DNA of 64,000 bases from an uncultured Gemmatimonadaceae bacterium (GCA_963790305.1 CAWBOC010000009.1:384001-448000), one strand, 5' to 3'. Shown: positions 33,633 through 46,760, numbered from the stretch's first letter. The notes: generated by a model from the letters alone, not told the origin. Numbers and translations are program-made.

Positions 33633-35586
33633 TCACGAAAGAGCACCGGCGAATGCCTGCGAGGCGCGCATCGGGCCGCCGTTCGGCGATCCCCGCGACG
33701 CGTCGTGCGCCCGCGTCCAGAACTCCGTCTGCAGCGTGAGAAAGAGCGTCACGCCAAGGTTGCCGTCGCCGCTCGCCTTCCACTCCTCCCAACCGCGACG
33801 CAGCGCCGCCGGGTCGATGATCCCAAGCTCCGCGAGCCGGCTGTCGCGCACCGCCCTGTCGACGAGACCGGCGCCCGCGTCGCGGAATGCCCGGCTGAAC
33901 AGCCGGCCGGTCGTTCCAGTCCGAGTGCGGCGGGGAGCGAGGACGTCGTCGGGTATGATGCCCCGCATCGCCGCTCGAAGGACCCGCTTCGTTTCCCGCT
34001 GTGACGCGCGCTCCTCCCGCGGACGCTCGGCCGCGAACGCGATCACGCGAGGATCCATCAGCGGTGATCGCACTTCGACCCCTTCCTCGCGCGCGAGGGC
34101 GCTCACGCACGCGTAGACGCGCGGGAAATACGGCGCGGTCATGTAATACCGGCTCTCGACGGCCGCGAAGCTCTCGCCCCGCCGCCGACGTGGCGTGGTC
34201 CGGGCACGCTCCGCAAAAGCATTCCGGCGCGCGAACTCGGGGTTGATCCAGGCGGGAACGTCGCGCTCGAGATATGCGCGGAGTGCGCGGCCGCGTCGAA
34301 GGGTCGCCGCCGCGTTGAGCGCGAACGCGGGCAGCAGCGGCTGAATCGCCCAGCGGAACAGTGTGCGCGCATCGCGAACACCACGCGCGCGGCATTCCTG
34401 TGCCGCCGCGAAGAGCCGACCGCTGCGCACCAGATCGGCGAGGTAGACCAGCGAGACCTGGAAGAGCTGATCGCCACCATTGCCATGCAGTGCGACGTGG
34501 GAATCCACGGCGCGACTTCCTCTGGCGAGAGCACGGTTCCAATGCTCGAACACATGGGCAAAGGGCTCATCCCGGCTGGCCGCGCCCTCGCAGAGTTGAT
34601 CGAGCAAGGAGATCTCTGCACTGTCGATCCAGTGCGGCGTCGCCCCCCAACGCCCCGCGACGGATGTGATGAGCTCATCTTCGCGCCCCGGATCACCCAC
34701 CGGGTACGTGATCGAGACTGCGCGAACCCGATCGACGTCGCCGCGCGTGGCCGACATGGCGGCGCCGAAGACCGCCGGTGAATCCCACCCGCCGCTGAGC
34801 CACACACTCGTTGCGCCGCGCGGCGTCGAGCCGTTCCTGAACGGCGCGCGCGAGGAGGTCGCGCAGCGCCACTGCGCCATCCTCGAGGGTCAGCCGGCGG
34901 CCGCTCTCGAACGTCGGCGCTTCCCAGTGCCGGGCCAGCACCGGGCGTGCGTCACCGATGCAGGAGAGCGTATGGGCGGCGGGAATTCGTTCGATCGATG
35001 CCAGGCAGGTGCTCGTCTCGTCGAGGGCGAGTCCCGCAGCCACTTCGCCAAGGTGAGGGAGATTGAGGGCAGGCTCCGCGCCAGCGGCGACGAGCCCGGA
35101 AACCCCCGAGGCCAACAACAGGCCATCGCGCGTCTCGGTGTAGAAAAGCGGCCGCGTGGCGCCGAGGTCGCGCGCCGCGACCATCCGCCGCGCAACGGAG
35201 TCCCAGATGATGAACGCGAAGTCGCCCTCGAGACGACGGCCGCACTGATCGCCCCACGCGCGATACGCCGCAAGAATCACGTGCGCGGTGGTCGGCCCCG
35301 ACGGACGCGCGTCCCTCTGTCGCAGCGCACGAAGGAGATCGGTTCGATAGTACAATGCGGCATCGGCGACGACGACGATCCCGGCTTCGCTCGCGATCGC
35401 CAGCGTGCTCTCACGGCCAGGCATCGCCTCCCACGTGTCGGATGCGATCGCAAGCGTGGCGTCGCCACACGACACGACCCGCGAGAGCTCGGCGCCGCGC
35501 CGCGCCATCGCGCTGAGTGCACGACTGGCGAGCTCCTCGCAATGCGTGCTGCGAGCGCGGGTGATGACGGCGACGATGGCGCTCAT
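33633..35586 (-). CDS. Lasso cyclase (asparagine synthetase-like C protein); frameshift near 34825
   Basis: N-part LEGDFAFIIWD..AARDLG.RPLFY; C-part WLSGGWDS, GNGGDQLF, VRSPLMD; ATGA coupling to B2. Confidence 0.87.
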
Positions 35587-36035
35587 CGAGCTCCCACGAG
35601 GCGCACGTCGGCGAGAGGCTCGAATGAGGCAACATGCTCTGAGGAATCGGCGAGCACCTCCGCCCCGAGCTCGACCCATGCGTGCGCCTCGAATCGACCG
35701 GTTCGCTCCCGCACACCAATGCGAACGTGCCACCCGGGCACCTGCGCGCGCTCCAGCATCCGCGACAGCGCCAGCGAGCGAACGAGACAGTTGGGACGAA
35801 ACACGCCGCGGCGCGAGACGAGCGACACGGCGTTGGCCAGTTTTCGCGCCGTCACGCGTGCGAGCTCGTCAGGCGCGGCCGATGCCTCACGCTCCCGTCG
35901 CACGAGGCGACCCTGGGGACGGGTCCACACCGCGAGCTGCGCTCGCAGCAAGGCGAGCTGCGCGCGCAGGAGCTCGCGGCGCTCGGCCTCGCTAAGCGAG
36001 ACGAGTTTCGACAGTCGCGACGCGAGGCGGCGCAT
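35583..36035 (-). CDS. Lasso leader peptidase B2 (transglutaminase-like)
   Basis: NCLVRSLAL and IGV..FEAHAWVE catalytic Cys/His motifs. Confidence 0.9.
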   Translation of the reverse strand: MRRLASRLSKLVSLSEAERRELLRAQLALLRAQLAVWTRPQGRLVRREREASAAPDELARVTARKLANAVSLVSRRGVFRPNCLVRSLALSRMLERAQVPGWHVRIGVRERTGRFEAHAWVELGAEVLADSSEHVASFEPLADVRLVGAR

Positions 36036-36315
36036 GCCGGGCGGGCTCCGGAGCGGGGACGAGCAGACCGAACGATTGCAGCGAGCTCAGCAGCTCGATG
36101 ACATCGGCGCGGAGATCAGCCGGCGAAACCTCGGGGTGCCGTGCCGCGAGCGCGGCGCAGAGCGAGTCGAATGACATGTGCGCGGGAGGCAACATCTCCC
36201 AGACTTCCGCCGCAACGGCGTTGAGGCCGAAATACACCTCGTCCGTGAGCGAGAAGAGGACGGCGCCTTCCGACAACGTCCGATAGATGACTGCCTGGTT
36301 CCGAGTGGGCAGCAT
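35992..36315 (-). CDS. Lasso B1 / PqqD-family RiPP recognition element
   Basis: GAVLF..YFGLNAVAAEVWEML..DVIELLSSLQSFGLL. Confidence 0.88.
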   Translation of the reverse strand: MLPTRNQAVIYRTLSEGAVLFSLTDEVYFGLNAVAAEVWEMLPPAHMSFDSLCAALAARHPEVSPADLRADVIELLSSLQSFGLLVPAPEPARHAPPRVATVETRLA

Positions 36316-36640
36316 GCAGCAGCTCTCGTCGACACGATTGCTCGTGCCGTGGCCATTGGGCTCGCAGACGCGAGACAGGGATCGCGTTACGACATGTCCC
36401 GGTTAGCATCCGGGGCTGCAAGCAATGGCAGAGGCGATGCCATCCTCAAGGGATGGTCCCGGGACGTGCCCTCGTGGGCAACGTATTACGCCACAACGGC
36501 TTCCGATCTGAGGGCTCGAATGTGGATAACGTTCGCCGTGCGCGCGTTCCGCATCGTTTGTTGCGGTACTGCGACAGGTGGGCCGTTCCGCAAATGCGAA
36601 ATGATTTTTGCACGTCACCCTCATTAGCGTGCCCTAACGA

Positions 36641-36671
36641 AATAAAACGGCGCCTCAGAGAGGCGCCGTTT
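36641..36671 (-). terminator. Rho-independent terminator after rpsG
   Basis: Minus strand AAACGGCGCCTC-TCT-GAGGCGCCGTTT followed by TATTT. Confidence 0.8.
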
Positions 36672-36694
36672 CATAACGATTCGCTCGAAAGGGC

Positions 36695-37161
36695 TTACCA
36701 GCGATAGTGCGCGAACGCCTTGTTCGCTTCCGCCATGCGGTGCGTGTCTTCCTTCTTCTTCACCGCGTTGCCTTCACCCTTCGACGCCGCGATGATCTCG
36801 GCCGCGAGCTTCTCCGGCATCGACTTCTCACCGCGATCGCGCGAGTACGAGATGAGCCAGCGCATGGCGAGCGCCGTACGCCGCTCGGGCCGCACTTCGA
36901 CCGGAACCTGGTAGGTCGCGCCACCAACACGGCGGCTCTTCACTTCCACGACCGGCTTGAGGTTGGTCAGAGCCTGCTTGAAGACGTTGACGCCCGGTTG
37001 CCCAGTGCGGGATTCCACGAGGTCCATCGCGCCGTAGAAGATGCGCTCGCCGGTGGACTTCTTCCCCTGGTACATCAGGACGTTGATGAACTTCGAGACC
37101 GTCTGGCTGTCATAGCGCGCGTCGGCAAGGACGGGGCGCTTGATGGACTTTTGTCGGCGGC

Positions 37162-37165
<4 letters not shown>
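36695..37165 (-). CDS. rpsG: 30S ribosomal protein S7
   Basis: [25 protein letters not shown]. Confidence 0.98.
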
Positions 37166-37548
<383 letters not shown>

Positions 37549-37576
37549 AACCTCAGGTAAGCAGCACAGAACAATA

Positions 37577-37606
37577 AAGTTAACGGCTCCGGTCGAGCGG
37601 TGTCAA
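37577..37606 (-). promoter_or_regulatory. Sigma70-like promoter of rpsL-rpsG
   Basis: TTGACA, then 17 nt to TTAACT or 18 nt to TAACTT. Confidence 0.55.
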
Positions 37607-37608
37607 TT

Positions 37609-37701
37609 GACGAGGATGGCGAAGTCGTCCAGGTCGTCGAGGTGATCGAGGCGACATCACCTCGAGCACCTCGACATCCTCGACAACCTCGATTACCTCG
37701 C
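37609..37701. repeat. 9-nt-period TCGAGG/CCTCGA tandem hairpin, copy 2
   Basis: gtcgtcgaggtgatcgagg ... cctcgagcacctcgacatcctcgacaacctcga. Confidence 0.7.
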
Positions 37702-37703
37702 TT

Positions 37704-40700
37704 CTATAGCTCCTCGTCGATCACGTGCGTCGCCGTTCCGAAGCCAGCGTCCGATAAACCAGGGACTGGAAGCGGGGCGAAGGGCTCCAGCGGTGCTGCC
37801 GGCACGAAGCCCTCCGGCGGCTCCGGCGCCTGGAGATCGATGTCGATCTCCGAATACCGATACTGACCGGTACCCGCCGGGATGAGGTGGCCGATGATGA
37901 TGTTCTCCTTGAGCCCAAGGAGATCGTCCTTGGCCCCGCGGATCGCCGCATCGGTGAGCACGCGAGTGGTCTCCTGGAACGACGCCGCCGAAATGAACGA
38001 CTGCGTCGTGAGGCTCGCCTTGGTGATACCCAGGAGCAACGGCTCCGAGGTGCCGGGCTTGAGCCCCTTCTTCTGGGCGCGGTCGTTGATCTCGCGGAAC
38101 GAGCCCTTGTCCACATGCTCGGCCTCGAGGAACTCCGTCTCCCCGGGATCCATGATGCGCACCTTCTGAAGCATCTGCCTGACGATCACGCCAATGTGCT
38201 TGTCGTTGATCTTCACGCCCTGCAGGCGATACACCTCCTGCACCTCGTTCAGCAGATACTCCTGCACCGCACGGGGTCCCTTGATCCGCAAAATGTCGTG
38301 CGGATTCACGGGTCCCTCCGACAGGCGGTCACCGGCGCGCACGCGATCGCCCTCGTGCACGCGAAGGTGCTTGCCTGCCGGAACCTCGTACAGCTGCGCT
38401 TCCTGCGACTCGTCCGCGACCTGATAGCCATCTGGGCCGTCACGCGTCGGCTGGACGAAGACCTCGCGCTTGCCACGCTTGATCTCCCCGAACCGCACCG
38501 TGCCGTCGACTTCCGAGATCGTCGCCGGATCCTTCGGCCGGCGCGCCTCGAACAGTTCTGCGACGCGCGGCAGACCACCGGTGATGTCACGCGTCTTGTA
38601 CGCCTCGCGGCCGATCTTGGCGAGAATGGTTCCCGCCCCGATCTTCTCACCATCGTCCACCGTCAGCTGCGCGCCGACCGGGATGACGAAGTCACGCAGA
38701 CGCTTCTCCTTTCCACCCTTCTCCTGCACGATCTCGATGTGAGGGTGCAGCCGCTTCTCGCGATCTTCGATGATCACCCGCTGCCGCAGGCCGGTGAGCT
38801 CGTCGAGCTCCTCGGTCACCGACTCATCCTCGACGATATCGACGAAGCGGACCGTGCCTTCGACGTCGGCGATGATGGGATTCGTGTACGGATCCCAGGT
38901 GAAGATCACCGTGTCCTTCTTCACGTCCTCGCCATCGGCGACCATCAGGAGTGCACCCAGCGGTACCGCGAAGCGCGACGCCACCGGCGCGTTCTTCTCC
39001 GCTGAGCCACGGATGATGATCTCACCCTCGTACGACGTCACGATCCGCTGCCCGTCGGAATTCTCGACGTGCACCAGCCGCTCCCCGTACTCGACGACCC
39101 CTGCCACCTTCGACTTGCGCGCCGTTTGCTCGGCGATACGCGCCGCCGTTCCACCGATGTGGAAGGTTCGGAGCGTGAGCTGCGTCCCTGGCTCGCCGAT
39201 CGACTGCGCGGCGAGAATACCGACCGCCTCGCCGAGATCCACCATGAACATCGTGGCCAGGTTTCGCCCGTAGCACATTCTGGCAGAGCCCGCGCTTGGC
39301 CTCGCAGGTGAGCACCGAGCGGATCTTCACCGTCTCGAGCCCCGAGTCCTCGATCGCGCGCGCCGTTTCCTCATCGATGAGCAGTCCCGCCTCCACGAGC
39401 AGCTTGGGGCGACCCGACTCATCGCGCTCATGCGGATCCTCGACATCCTCGGCCGCCACGTTGCCGACGATACGCTCGGCGAGCGGCTCGATGATGTCTT
39501 CGCCTTCCTTCAGCGCGCCGACCTCCAGTCCGAGGATCGTGCCGCAATCCTCTTCGGTGATCGTCACGTCCTGCGCGACGTCGACGAGACGACGCGTGAG
39601 GTAGCCGGCATCCGCGGTCTTGAGTGCGGTGTCGGCCAGACCCTTACGAGCGCCGTGCGTCGAGATGAAGTACTCGAGCACCGAGAGTCCTTCCCGGAAA
39701 TTCGACTTGATCGGGCTCTCGATGATCTCGCCAATGCCGCCGGTGAGCTTCTTCTGCGGCTTCGCCATGAGACCGCGCATACCCGCCAGCTGACGGATCT
39801 GATCGCGGCTGCCGCGCGAGCCGGAATCGAACATCATGAACACCGGGTTGAGCCCGCTCTTCGACTTCGACATCGCCTTCACCATGGCGTCGGCAATGTC
39901 GTTGTTCGCGTGCGTCCAGGTGTCGATCACCTTGTTGTAGCGCTCGCCGTTCGTGATGTTGCCCGTCTGATACGCGCGCTGGAAGCGCTCGACGCGCGCC
40001 TCCGCCTCCTCGAGCAGCGTCTCCTTCTCGCCGGGAATCTCGAGGTCTTCAACGCCGATGGAGACACCACCCATCGTCGCGTAGCGGAACCCGAACTCCT
40101 TGAGGCGATCGAGGAACGCGACCGTTCCCGAGAGCCCCGAGCGCCGATAGGCCTCGAACACGAGCTCCGAGAGTGCCTTTTTCTTCATCTCGCGGTTCTG
40201 GAACGGCATGACGTCGGGGATGATGCTGTTGAACAGCACGCGTCCCGCCGTCGTACGCTCCCACCGCGCGGGGCCACCCGGTTCACGAACCAGAAACTGG
40301 ACTGGCGTGTGATAGGTGAGCCGGCCCACCGCGAGTGCCGCCTCGATCTCCGCGAGCTCCGTGTAGCGTGGCGCATCGGTGACCTTCGTCGGATCGACCG
40401 GAGCGCGCGTGAGGAAGTAGCAGCCGAGGACAATGTCCTGGCTGGGCTCCGCCACCGGACGTCCATCCGACGGCTTGAGGATGTTGTTCGACGACAGCAT
40501 CAGCAGGCGCGACTCGAGCTGCGCCTCGAACGACAGCGGCACGTGCACCGCCATCTGGTCGCCGTCGAAGTCCGCGTTGAACGCCGCGCAGACGAGCGGG
40601 TGGATGCGGATGGCCTTCCCCTCGACGAGCACAGGCTCGAACGCCTGGATGCCTAACCGGTGCAGCGTCGGCGCGCGATTCAACAGAACGGGATGATCCT

Positions 40701-42027
40701 TGATGATCTCTTCGAGGATCTCGTACACCTCCGGGCTCTCGCGCTCGACGATCTTCTTCGCGCGCTTGACCGTTTCGGCGATCCCCTTCTCCACCAGCTT
40801 GTGGATGATGAACGGCTTGAACAGCTCGAGCGCCATCGCCTTCGGAAGTCCGCACTGGTGCAGGCGGAGCTCCGGGCCCACGACGATGACCGAACGTCCC
40901 GAGTAGTCCACGCGCTTGCCGAGCAGGTTCTGACGGAACCGGCCCTGCTTGCCCTTGAGCATGTCGCTGAGCGACTTGAGCGGCCGCTTGCCGCGACCGC
41001 GAATCGCCTTGGAGCGACGGCCGTTGTCGAACAGCGCGTCGACGGCCTCCTGCAGCATGCGCTTCTCGTTCCGGAGAATGACTTCCGGCGCGCGATGCAT
41101 GATCAGCTTCTGCAGTCGGTTGTTGCGGTTGATGACACGGCGGTACAGGTCGTTCAGGTCCGACGTCGCGAAGCGGCCGCCATCGAGCGGCACGAGCGGA
41201 CGCAGGTCGGGCGGAATCACTGGAATGACGTCCAGGATCATCCACTCCGGCTTGTTGCGCGTGTCGCCCGACTCACCCGAGTTGCGGAACGCGTCGACGA
41301 TCTTGAGCCGCTTGAGCATCTGCTTCTTCCGATGCTGCGACGTCTCCGTCTGCACGTCCTCGCGGAGCTGGTCGGAGACCTTGTCCACGTCGAGGCGGCG
41401 AAGCAGCTCGCGCACCGCCGGCGCTCCAATGTCCGCCTTGAAGGCGTCGTCGTTCGCCTCACGCGCCTTGGCGCGGAGGTCGAGGTACTCGTCCTCGTCG
41501 AGCAGCTGCAGCGGACGCACTTCCTGCTCGCCCGGCTCGATGACGACGTAGTTCGAGTAGTAGATGACCTTCTCGAGATCACGGAGGGTGAGATCGAGGA
41601 GGTTGCCCATCGGGCTGGGCAGGGTCTTGAAGAACCAGATGTGCGCCACGGGCACCGCGAGCTCGATGTGACCCATGCGCTCGCGACGCACCTTGGACAG
41701 CGTCACCTCGACACCGCAGCGGTCGCAAATCACCCCGCGGTAGCGGATGCGCTTGTACTTCCCGCAATGGCACTCCCAGTCCTTGACCGGACCGAAGATG
41801 CGCTCGCAGAAGAGGCCGTCCTTTTCGGGCTTGAACGAGCGGTAGTTGATGGTCTCGGGCTTGGTGACCTCGCCCCACGACCACCAGTTCCGCCCGCCGC
41901 CCATTTCGATCCGCTCACGCTCCTTGGGATCCTTGGGACCACGGATCTCCTCGGGCGACGCAATGCGAATCTGGATGAAATCGAAGTTCGAGCTGCGCGG
42001 CTCGCGCGCGCTACGGAAGTCAATCAT
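37704..42027 (-). CDS. rpoC: RNA polymerase beta' subunit; frameshift near 39280
   Basis: NADFDGD, zinc-binding motifs, [10 protein letters not shown]. The two ORFs join as [13 protein letters not shown] after removing one base. Confidence 0.97.
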
Positions 42028-45000
42028 TTACTCCTCCCCCCGACCGTTGCCATCGCCGAAGGCACCGCCATCACCATCGGTAGAGCCTAACGTCACCTTG
42101 ATGCCGAGCGCCTGAAGCTCCTTCACCAGCACGTTGAAGGACTCGGGAATGCCCGGATCCGGCAGATTCTGTCCCTTCACGATCGCTTCATACACGCGAC
42201 TGCGACCGTTCACGTCGTCGGACTTGACGGTGAGAATCTCCTGAAGCGTGTGCGCCGCGCCGTACGCCTCGAGCGCCCACACCTCCATTTCACCGAACCG
42301 CTGCCCGCCGAACTGCGCCTTCCCGGCGAGCGGCTGCTGCGTGACGAGCGAGTACGGTCCGATGCTCCGCGCGTGGATCTTGTCGTCCACCAGGTGCGAC
42401 AGCTTCAGCATGTAGATCTCCCCGACCGTCACCGGGCTCGCGAAGCGTTCCCCGCTCCGGCCGTCGCGCAGCCACACCTTCCCCCAGGGCGTGAGCCCCG
42501 CGAGACGCATGAGCTCGCTCACGGCGGCATCGACGTCGGCTTCCGACTTCGGGCCGAGCATCCGAGCCAGCGCCGGCAGCTCGTCCATCTTCAACGTCTC
42601 GGCCGGATCGCGCTCCTGCATTTTCTCCAGCTGCTTGAGCGCGGTCTTCACTTCCCCGCGCCGTGCCTTCGGGATCGAGTCATCATCCCCGACGGTGCCA
42701 TGGTATTGCACCTGGTACTCGATCTCCTGCCGCTCACGCTCGGCCATCTCGCGCGCCGCGGCGGCGACGAAATCGCGCAACCGGTGGAAGAGGTCGCGGG
42801 TCTCCTGGGAGACGACGCGCGCGCCCAGCTCGTTCAGCGACGCCTCTTCGAGCTTCTTGAAGTCTTCCTTCTCGCCCATCGCCGGCTTCACGTCGGTGAG
42901 CAGACGCCGCACCTCGGGGTCGCCGATTGCCGGCCGCGGAGCCGCGAGACGCAGCGCGTCGGCTGCCCAGTGCACTCCGGCAAGCTTGAGCAGCAGGCCG
43001 ATCTCACGCTCGTTGGCGCCCTGGAAGACAGGGGTCTTGGCATAGAAGCCGAGGATGCGCGCCGCCCAGCCCAGATGCGTCTCCAGGATCTGACCGACGT
43101 TCATACGGCTCGGCACACCTAACGGGTTGAGCACAATGTCCACGGGGCGGCCATCGGGAAGGAACGGCATGTCCTCCTCCGGCACGACGCGCGCGACGAT
43201 ACCCTTGTTCCCGTGACGACCGGCCATCTTGTCGCCGACGGAGACCTTGCGCTTCTCCGCCAGATAGACCTTCACCAGCTGAATGACGCCCGGCGGCAGC
43301 TCGTCCGGCTGGAGGATCTTGTCGATCCGCTCCTCCGCCTTCTCCTCGATGCGCGCCTTCTCGGTGTTCGCCGCGTCGATGATCTCGCGAACGCGGTCGT
43401 TCACCTTCTTGTTCTCGACTCGGAACGTCTTGAGGTCCAGTGTCGCGATCTTGAGCTCACGCAGATCGTCCGCGCTCAGCTTCGTGCCGGCGGAAATCGC
43501 TTCCTCGACCGTGCCGGCCTTGAGCGCCAGCGTGACGGTCTGCCCCTCGAGCATCTCACCCAGCTCGGAGTCGCGCACTTCGTTGACGCGGATCTTCTCT
43601 TCCGCCTCGAGACGCCGCACCTCACCAATGCGCTCGCCGCGATCCTTCTCGATCACCTGATCGTCGATCCGCGAGAAGATCTTGACGTCGATGACGACGC
43701 CTTCCATTCCCGGCGGCACCTTCAGCGACGAATCCTTCACGTCCTTCGCCTTCTCGCCGAAGATCGCCGTCAGCAGCTTTTCTTCCGGCGACAGCTCGGT
43801 CTCGCCCTTCGGCGTGATCTTGCCGACGAGGATGTCGCCCGGCTTCACGTGCGCGCCAATGCGCACGATGCCGCGCTCGTCGAGGTCCACGAGGGACTCC
43901 TCGGCGACGTTCGGAATCTCGCGCGTGATCTCTTCCTGACCACGCTTCGTATCGCGGACGTGCAGCTCGAGCTCCTGGATGTGGATCGACGAATAGACGT
44001 CATCCTTGACCAGTCGCTCGGACAGCACGATGGCATCTTCGAAGTTGTGCCCATACCACGGCATGAACGCCACCGTGACGTTCGCGCCCAGCGCCAGCTG
44101 CCCCTTCTCGGTGGCGGCGCCGTCGGCGAGCACGTCACCGGCCTTGATCCGCTGACCGAGCTTCACCAGCGGGCGCTGGTTGATCGCCGTGTCCTGGTTG
44201 GTGCGCCAGTACTTCTTCAGCCGGTACCGGTCGTGCTGCGTGAGTCGCGCGAGCGGACGATCCGACCCGCGACGCTCGTCGGTGCGGCCACGATCGGCTG
44301 GACCGGAGTCGACGATGATCTCGTCGGCCGTTACGCGCGTCACGACACCCGCTCGCTTCGCGATCACGACCGCGCCAGAATCGCGTGCCACCTTCTCCTC
44401 GAGGCCCGTGCCCACGACGGGCGTGCGCGGGTTGAGGAGCGGGACCGCCTGCCGCTGCATGTTCGAGCCCATGAGAGCGCGGTTCGCGTCGTCATGCTCG
44501 AGGAATGGAATGAGCGCCGCCGCGATCGAGACGAGCTGTTCGGGCGACACATCCATGTAGTCAATGCGATCGGGCGGCACGAGCGGCACGTCGCCACGCT
44601 GCCGGCAGAGCACCAGCTCGTCGGAGAACGTGCCGTCCTCACGGATCTGCGCGTTCGCCTGCGCGATGACGACTTCCTCTTCGCGGTTGGCGTCGAGCCA
44701 CTCGATCTCGCCGGTCACCTTGCCGTTCTTCACGACCCGATAAGGCGTCTCGACGAAGCCGAGATCGTTCACGCGGGCGTAGCAGGCGAGCGACGTGATG
44801 AGCCCAATGTTCGGACCTTCCGGCGTCTCGATCGGGCACATGCGCCCGTACTGCGAGTAGTGCACGTCGCGGACCTCGAAGCCCGCACGCTCGCGCGTCA
44901 AGCCACCGGGGCCTAACGCCGAGAGGCGGCGCTTGTGGGTCAGCTCCGCCAGCGGGTTCGTCTGGTCCATGAACTGGCTGAGCTGCGACGAGCCGAAGAA

Positions 45001-46626
45001 CGCCTGGATCACCGCCGAGACCGTTCGCGCGTTGACCAGATCGTCGAGCGTGATCTTCTCCGGATCGGTGTTGATCGACATGCGCTCCTTCACCAGGCGC
45101 GCCATGCGCGACAAGCCGACGGAGAACTGGTTCGCGATCAGCTCACCCACCGACCGAATGCGCCGGTTGCCGAGGTGATCGATGTCGTCCGTGTACCCGC
45201 GCCCTTCGTGGAGCTCCACGAGGTAGCGGATGATCGCAATGAAGTCTTCCTTGGTGAGCACGGTGTGGCTCGCGGGAAGGTTCAGCGCCAGACGCTGGTT
45301 GATCTTGTACCGGCCGACGCGCCCGAGGTCGTAGCGCTTGGGCGAGAAGAACAGGCGCTCCAGTGCGAGGCGCGCCGTCTCGATGTTCGGCGCGTCGCCC
45401 GGACGCAGCAGCGAGTAGATCTGCTGCAAGGCATCCTTTTCCGCCTTGGTGGGATCCTTCGCCAGCGTGTTCTTGATCAGCGTCGACTCGGCGCGGCCGG
45501 AGGCGACGAACACGTTGACCTTGTTGATCTCCGCCTTGCGCAGCTTCCGAATGAGCGTGTCGGTGAGCTGCTGCCCCGTCTCGGCGATCACCTCGCCGGT
45601 GTCGGCCTCGACGACGTCGGTTGCCAGGACGCGACGCTGGGGGCGCTCCCCGCGCTCGATCGCGTCGACCTCATCGCGCAGGTCGATCAGCGTATACGAG
45701 GCGAAGACCTTTACCGCATCGATATTCAGCCTCCGCAGGCGGTTATATACCTCGGGGGTGAGCTCGTCGCCTTCCTTGACGAGCATCTCCGCCTCGGCCC
45801 GCTCCCGCTCCGCGCGTGCCTTCTTCGTCTTGAGCTTGGGCGCCTCGGGATCGTGCGCCTCGCCGGCGAGCGTGATGTCCTCGGCGATGATCGCGCCGAG
45901 CACTTCGCGCTGGTCGCCACGACTCTCGAGCTTCTTGGTGAGATCGAGCTCACGCACCGCGAAGAAGAGTCGGAGGATGTCCGAGTTGGTCCCGTAGCCT
46001 AACGCGCGCAGCAGCGCCGTGGCCGGGAACTTCTTCTTCTTGTCGATGTGGACGAAGATCACGTCGTGAATGTCGACGGTGAACTCCACCCACGACCCGC
46101 GGAAGGGGATGATGCGCGCCGAGATCAGCCGCTGGCCGTTCGGGTGCGTGGACTCCTCGAACACCACGCCCGGCGACCGGTGCAGCTGGCTGACGATGAC
46201 CCGCTCCGCCCCGTTGATGACGAAGGTGCCCAGCCCGGTGAGCAAGGGCAGCTCGCCGAGGTAGACCTCCTTCTCGATGATGTTGCGCGGGCGCTTTGCG
46301 CCGTTGACCTCCTCGTTCACCACGAGCTGCAGCGTCGCCTTCAGCGGCGCCGAGTAGGTCATGTCGCGCTCGATGCACTCCTCGACGGAGTACTTCGGCT
46401 CGCCCAGCGAGTACCGCACGAACTCCAGCGAGTAGTTCTCGTGGACGTCCGTGATCGGGAAGAGGTCCTTGAACACGCGCTCGAGACCCACGTCCTCGCG
46501 ATCGTGCGAGGCGGCATCCAGCTGGAGCAGCGCCTCGAAGGCGCGCGTCTGGATATCGAGGAGATGTGGCATCTCCATTCCGTGCTCGAGCTTGGCGAAC
46601 GAAATCTGCTTCAGCATATCAGGCAT
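42028..46626 (-). CDS. rpoB: RNA polymerase beta subunit
   Basis: [34 protein letters not shown]. Confidence 0.99.
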   Translation of the reverse strand: MPDMLKQISFAKLEHGMEMPHLLDIQTRAFEALLQLDAASHDREDVGLERVFKDLFPITDVHENYSLEFVRYSLGEPKYSVEECIERDMTYSAPLKATLQLVVNEEVNGAKRPRNIIEKEVYLGELPLLTGLGTFVINGAERVIVSQLHRSPGVVFEESTHPNGQRLISARIIPFRGSWVEFTVDIHDVIFVHIDKKKKFPATALLRALGYGTNSDILRLFFAVRELDLTKKLESRGDQREVLGAIIAEDITLAGEAHDPEAPKLKTKKARAERERAEAEMLVKEGDELTPEVYNRLRRLNIDAVKVFASYTLIDLRDEVDAIERGERPQRRVLATDVVEADTGEVIAETGQQLTDTLIRKLRKAEINKVNVFVASGRAESTLIKNTLAKDPTKAEKDALQQIYSLLRPGDAPNIETARLALERLFFSPKRYDLGRVGRYKINQRLALNLPASHTVLTKEDFIAIIRYLVELHEGRGYTDDIDHLGNRRIRSVGELIANQFSVGLSRMARLVKERMSINTDPEKITLDDLVNARTVSAVIQAFFGSSQLSQFMDQTNPLAELTHKRRLSALGPGGLTRERAGFEVRDVHYSQYGRMCPIETPEGPNIGLITSLACYARVNDLGFVETPYRVVKNGKVTGEIEWLDANREEEVVIAQANAQIREDGTFSDELVLCRQRGDVPLVPPDRIDYMDVSPEQLVSIAAALIPFLEHDDANRALMGSNMQRQAVPLLNPRTPVVGTGLEEKVARDSGAVVIAKRAGVVTRVTADEIIVDSGPADRGRTDERRGSDRPLARLTQHDRYRLKKYWRTNQDTAINQRPLVKLGQRIKAGDVLADGAATEKGQLALGANVTVAFMPWYGHNFEDAIVLSERLVKDDVYSSIHIQELELHVRDTKRGQEEITREIPNVAEESLVDLDERGIVRIGAHVKPGDILVGKITPKGETELSPEEKLLTAIFGEKAKDVKDSSLKVPPGMEGVVIDVKIFSRIDDQVIEKDRGERIGEVRRLEAEEKIRVNEVRDSELGEMLEGQTVTLALKAGTVEEAISAGTKLSADDLRELKIATLDLKTFRVENKKVNDRVREIIDAANTEKARIEEKAEERIDKILQPDELPPGVIQLVKVYLAEKRKVSVGDKMAGRHGNKGIVARVVPEEDMPFLPDGRPVDIVLNPLGVPSRMNVGQILETHLGWAARILGFYAKTPVFQGANEREIGLLLKLAGVHWAADALRLAAPRPAIGDPEVRRLLTDVKPAMGEKEDFKKLEEASLNELGARVVSQETRDLFHRLRDFVAAAAREMAERERQEIEYQVQYHGTVGDDDSIPKARRGEVKTALKQLEKMQERDPAETLKMDELPALARMLGPKSEADVDAAVSELMRLAGLTPWGKVWLRDGRSGERFASPVTVGEIYMLKLSHLVDDKIHARSIGPYSLVTQQPLAGKAQFGGQRFGEMEVWALEAYGAAHTLQEILTVKSDDVNGRSRVYEAIVKGQNLPDPGIPESFNVLVKELQALGIKVTLGSTDGDGGAFGDGNGRGEE

Positions 46627-46760
46627 GGCTCACCCGCGCAGACGAAAAGAAGCCCCGCCCCGTTTCCCATTGTGAAAAACGTGGCCAGAGCAAAAGCTGC
46701 TTCAGTTGTAAAGCGACGATGACAGTCAGCATCGCGTGGGTAGTGAAAGTGGCCGGGAGG

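Noticed and set aside
33367..34542. 391-aa ORF overlapping the cyclase
   Set aside because: It is an alternative-frame shadow ORF; only its last 58 codons (own SD and ATG at 33543) form the real precursor.
29048..36694. Lasso cluster as an active mobile element
   Set aside because: No integrase, transposase, att-like direct repeats or tRNA target were seen at the borders.
37704..42027. Naturally split rpoC (cyanobacterial rpoC1/rpoC2 type) or programmed frameshift
   Set aside because: The break falls inside a zinc-binding motif, is fixed by removing one base, has no slippery site, and matches four other +1 errors.
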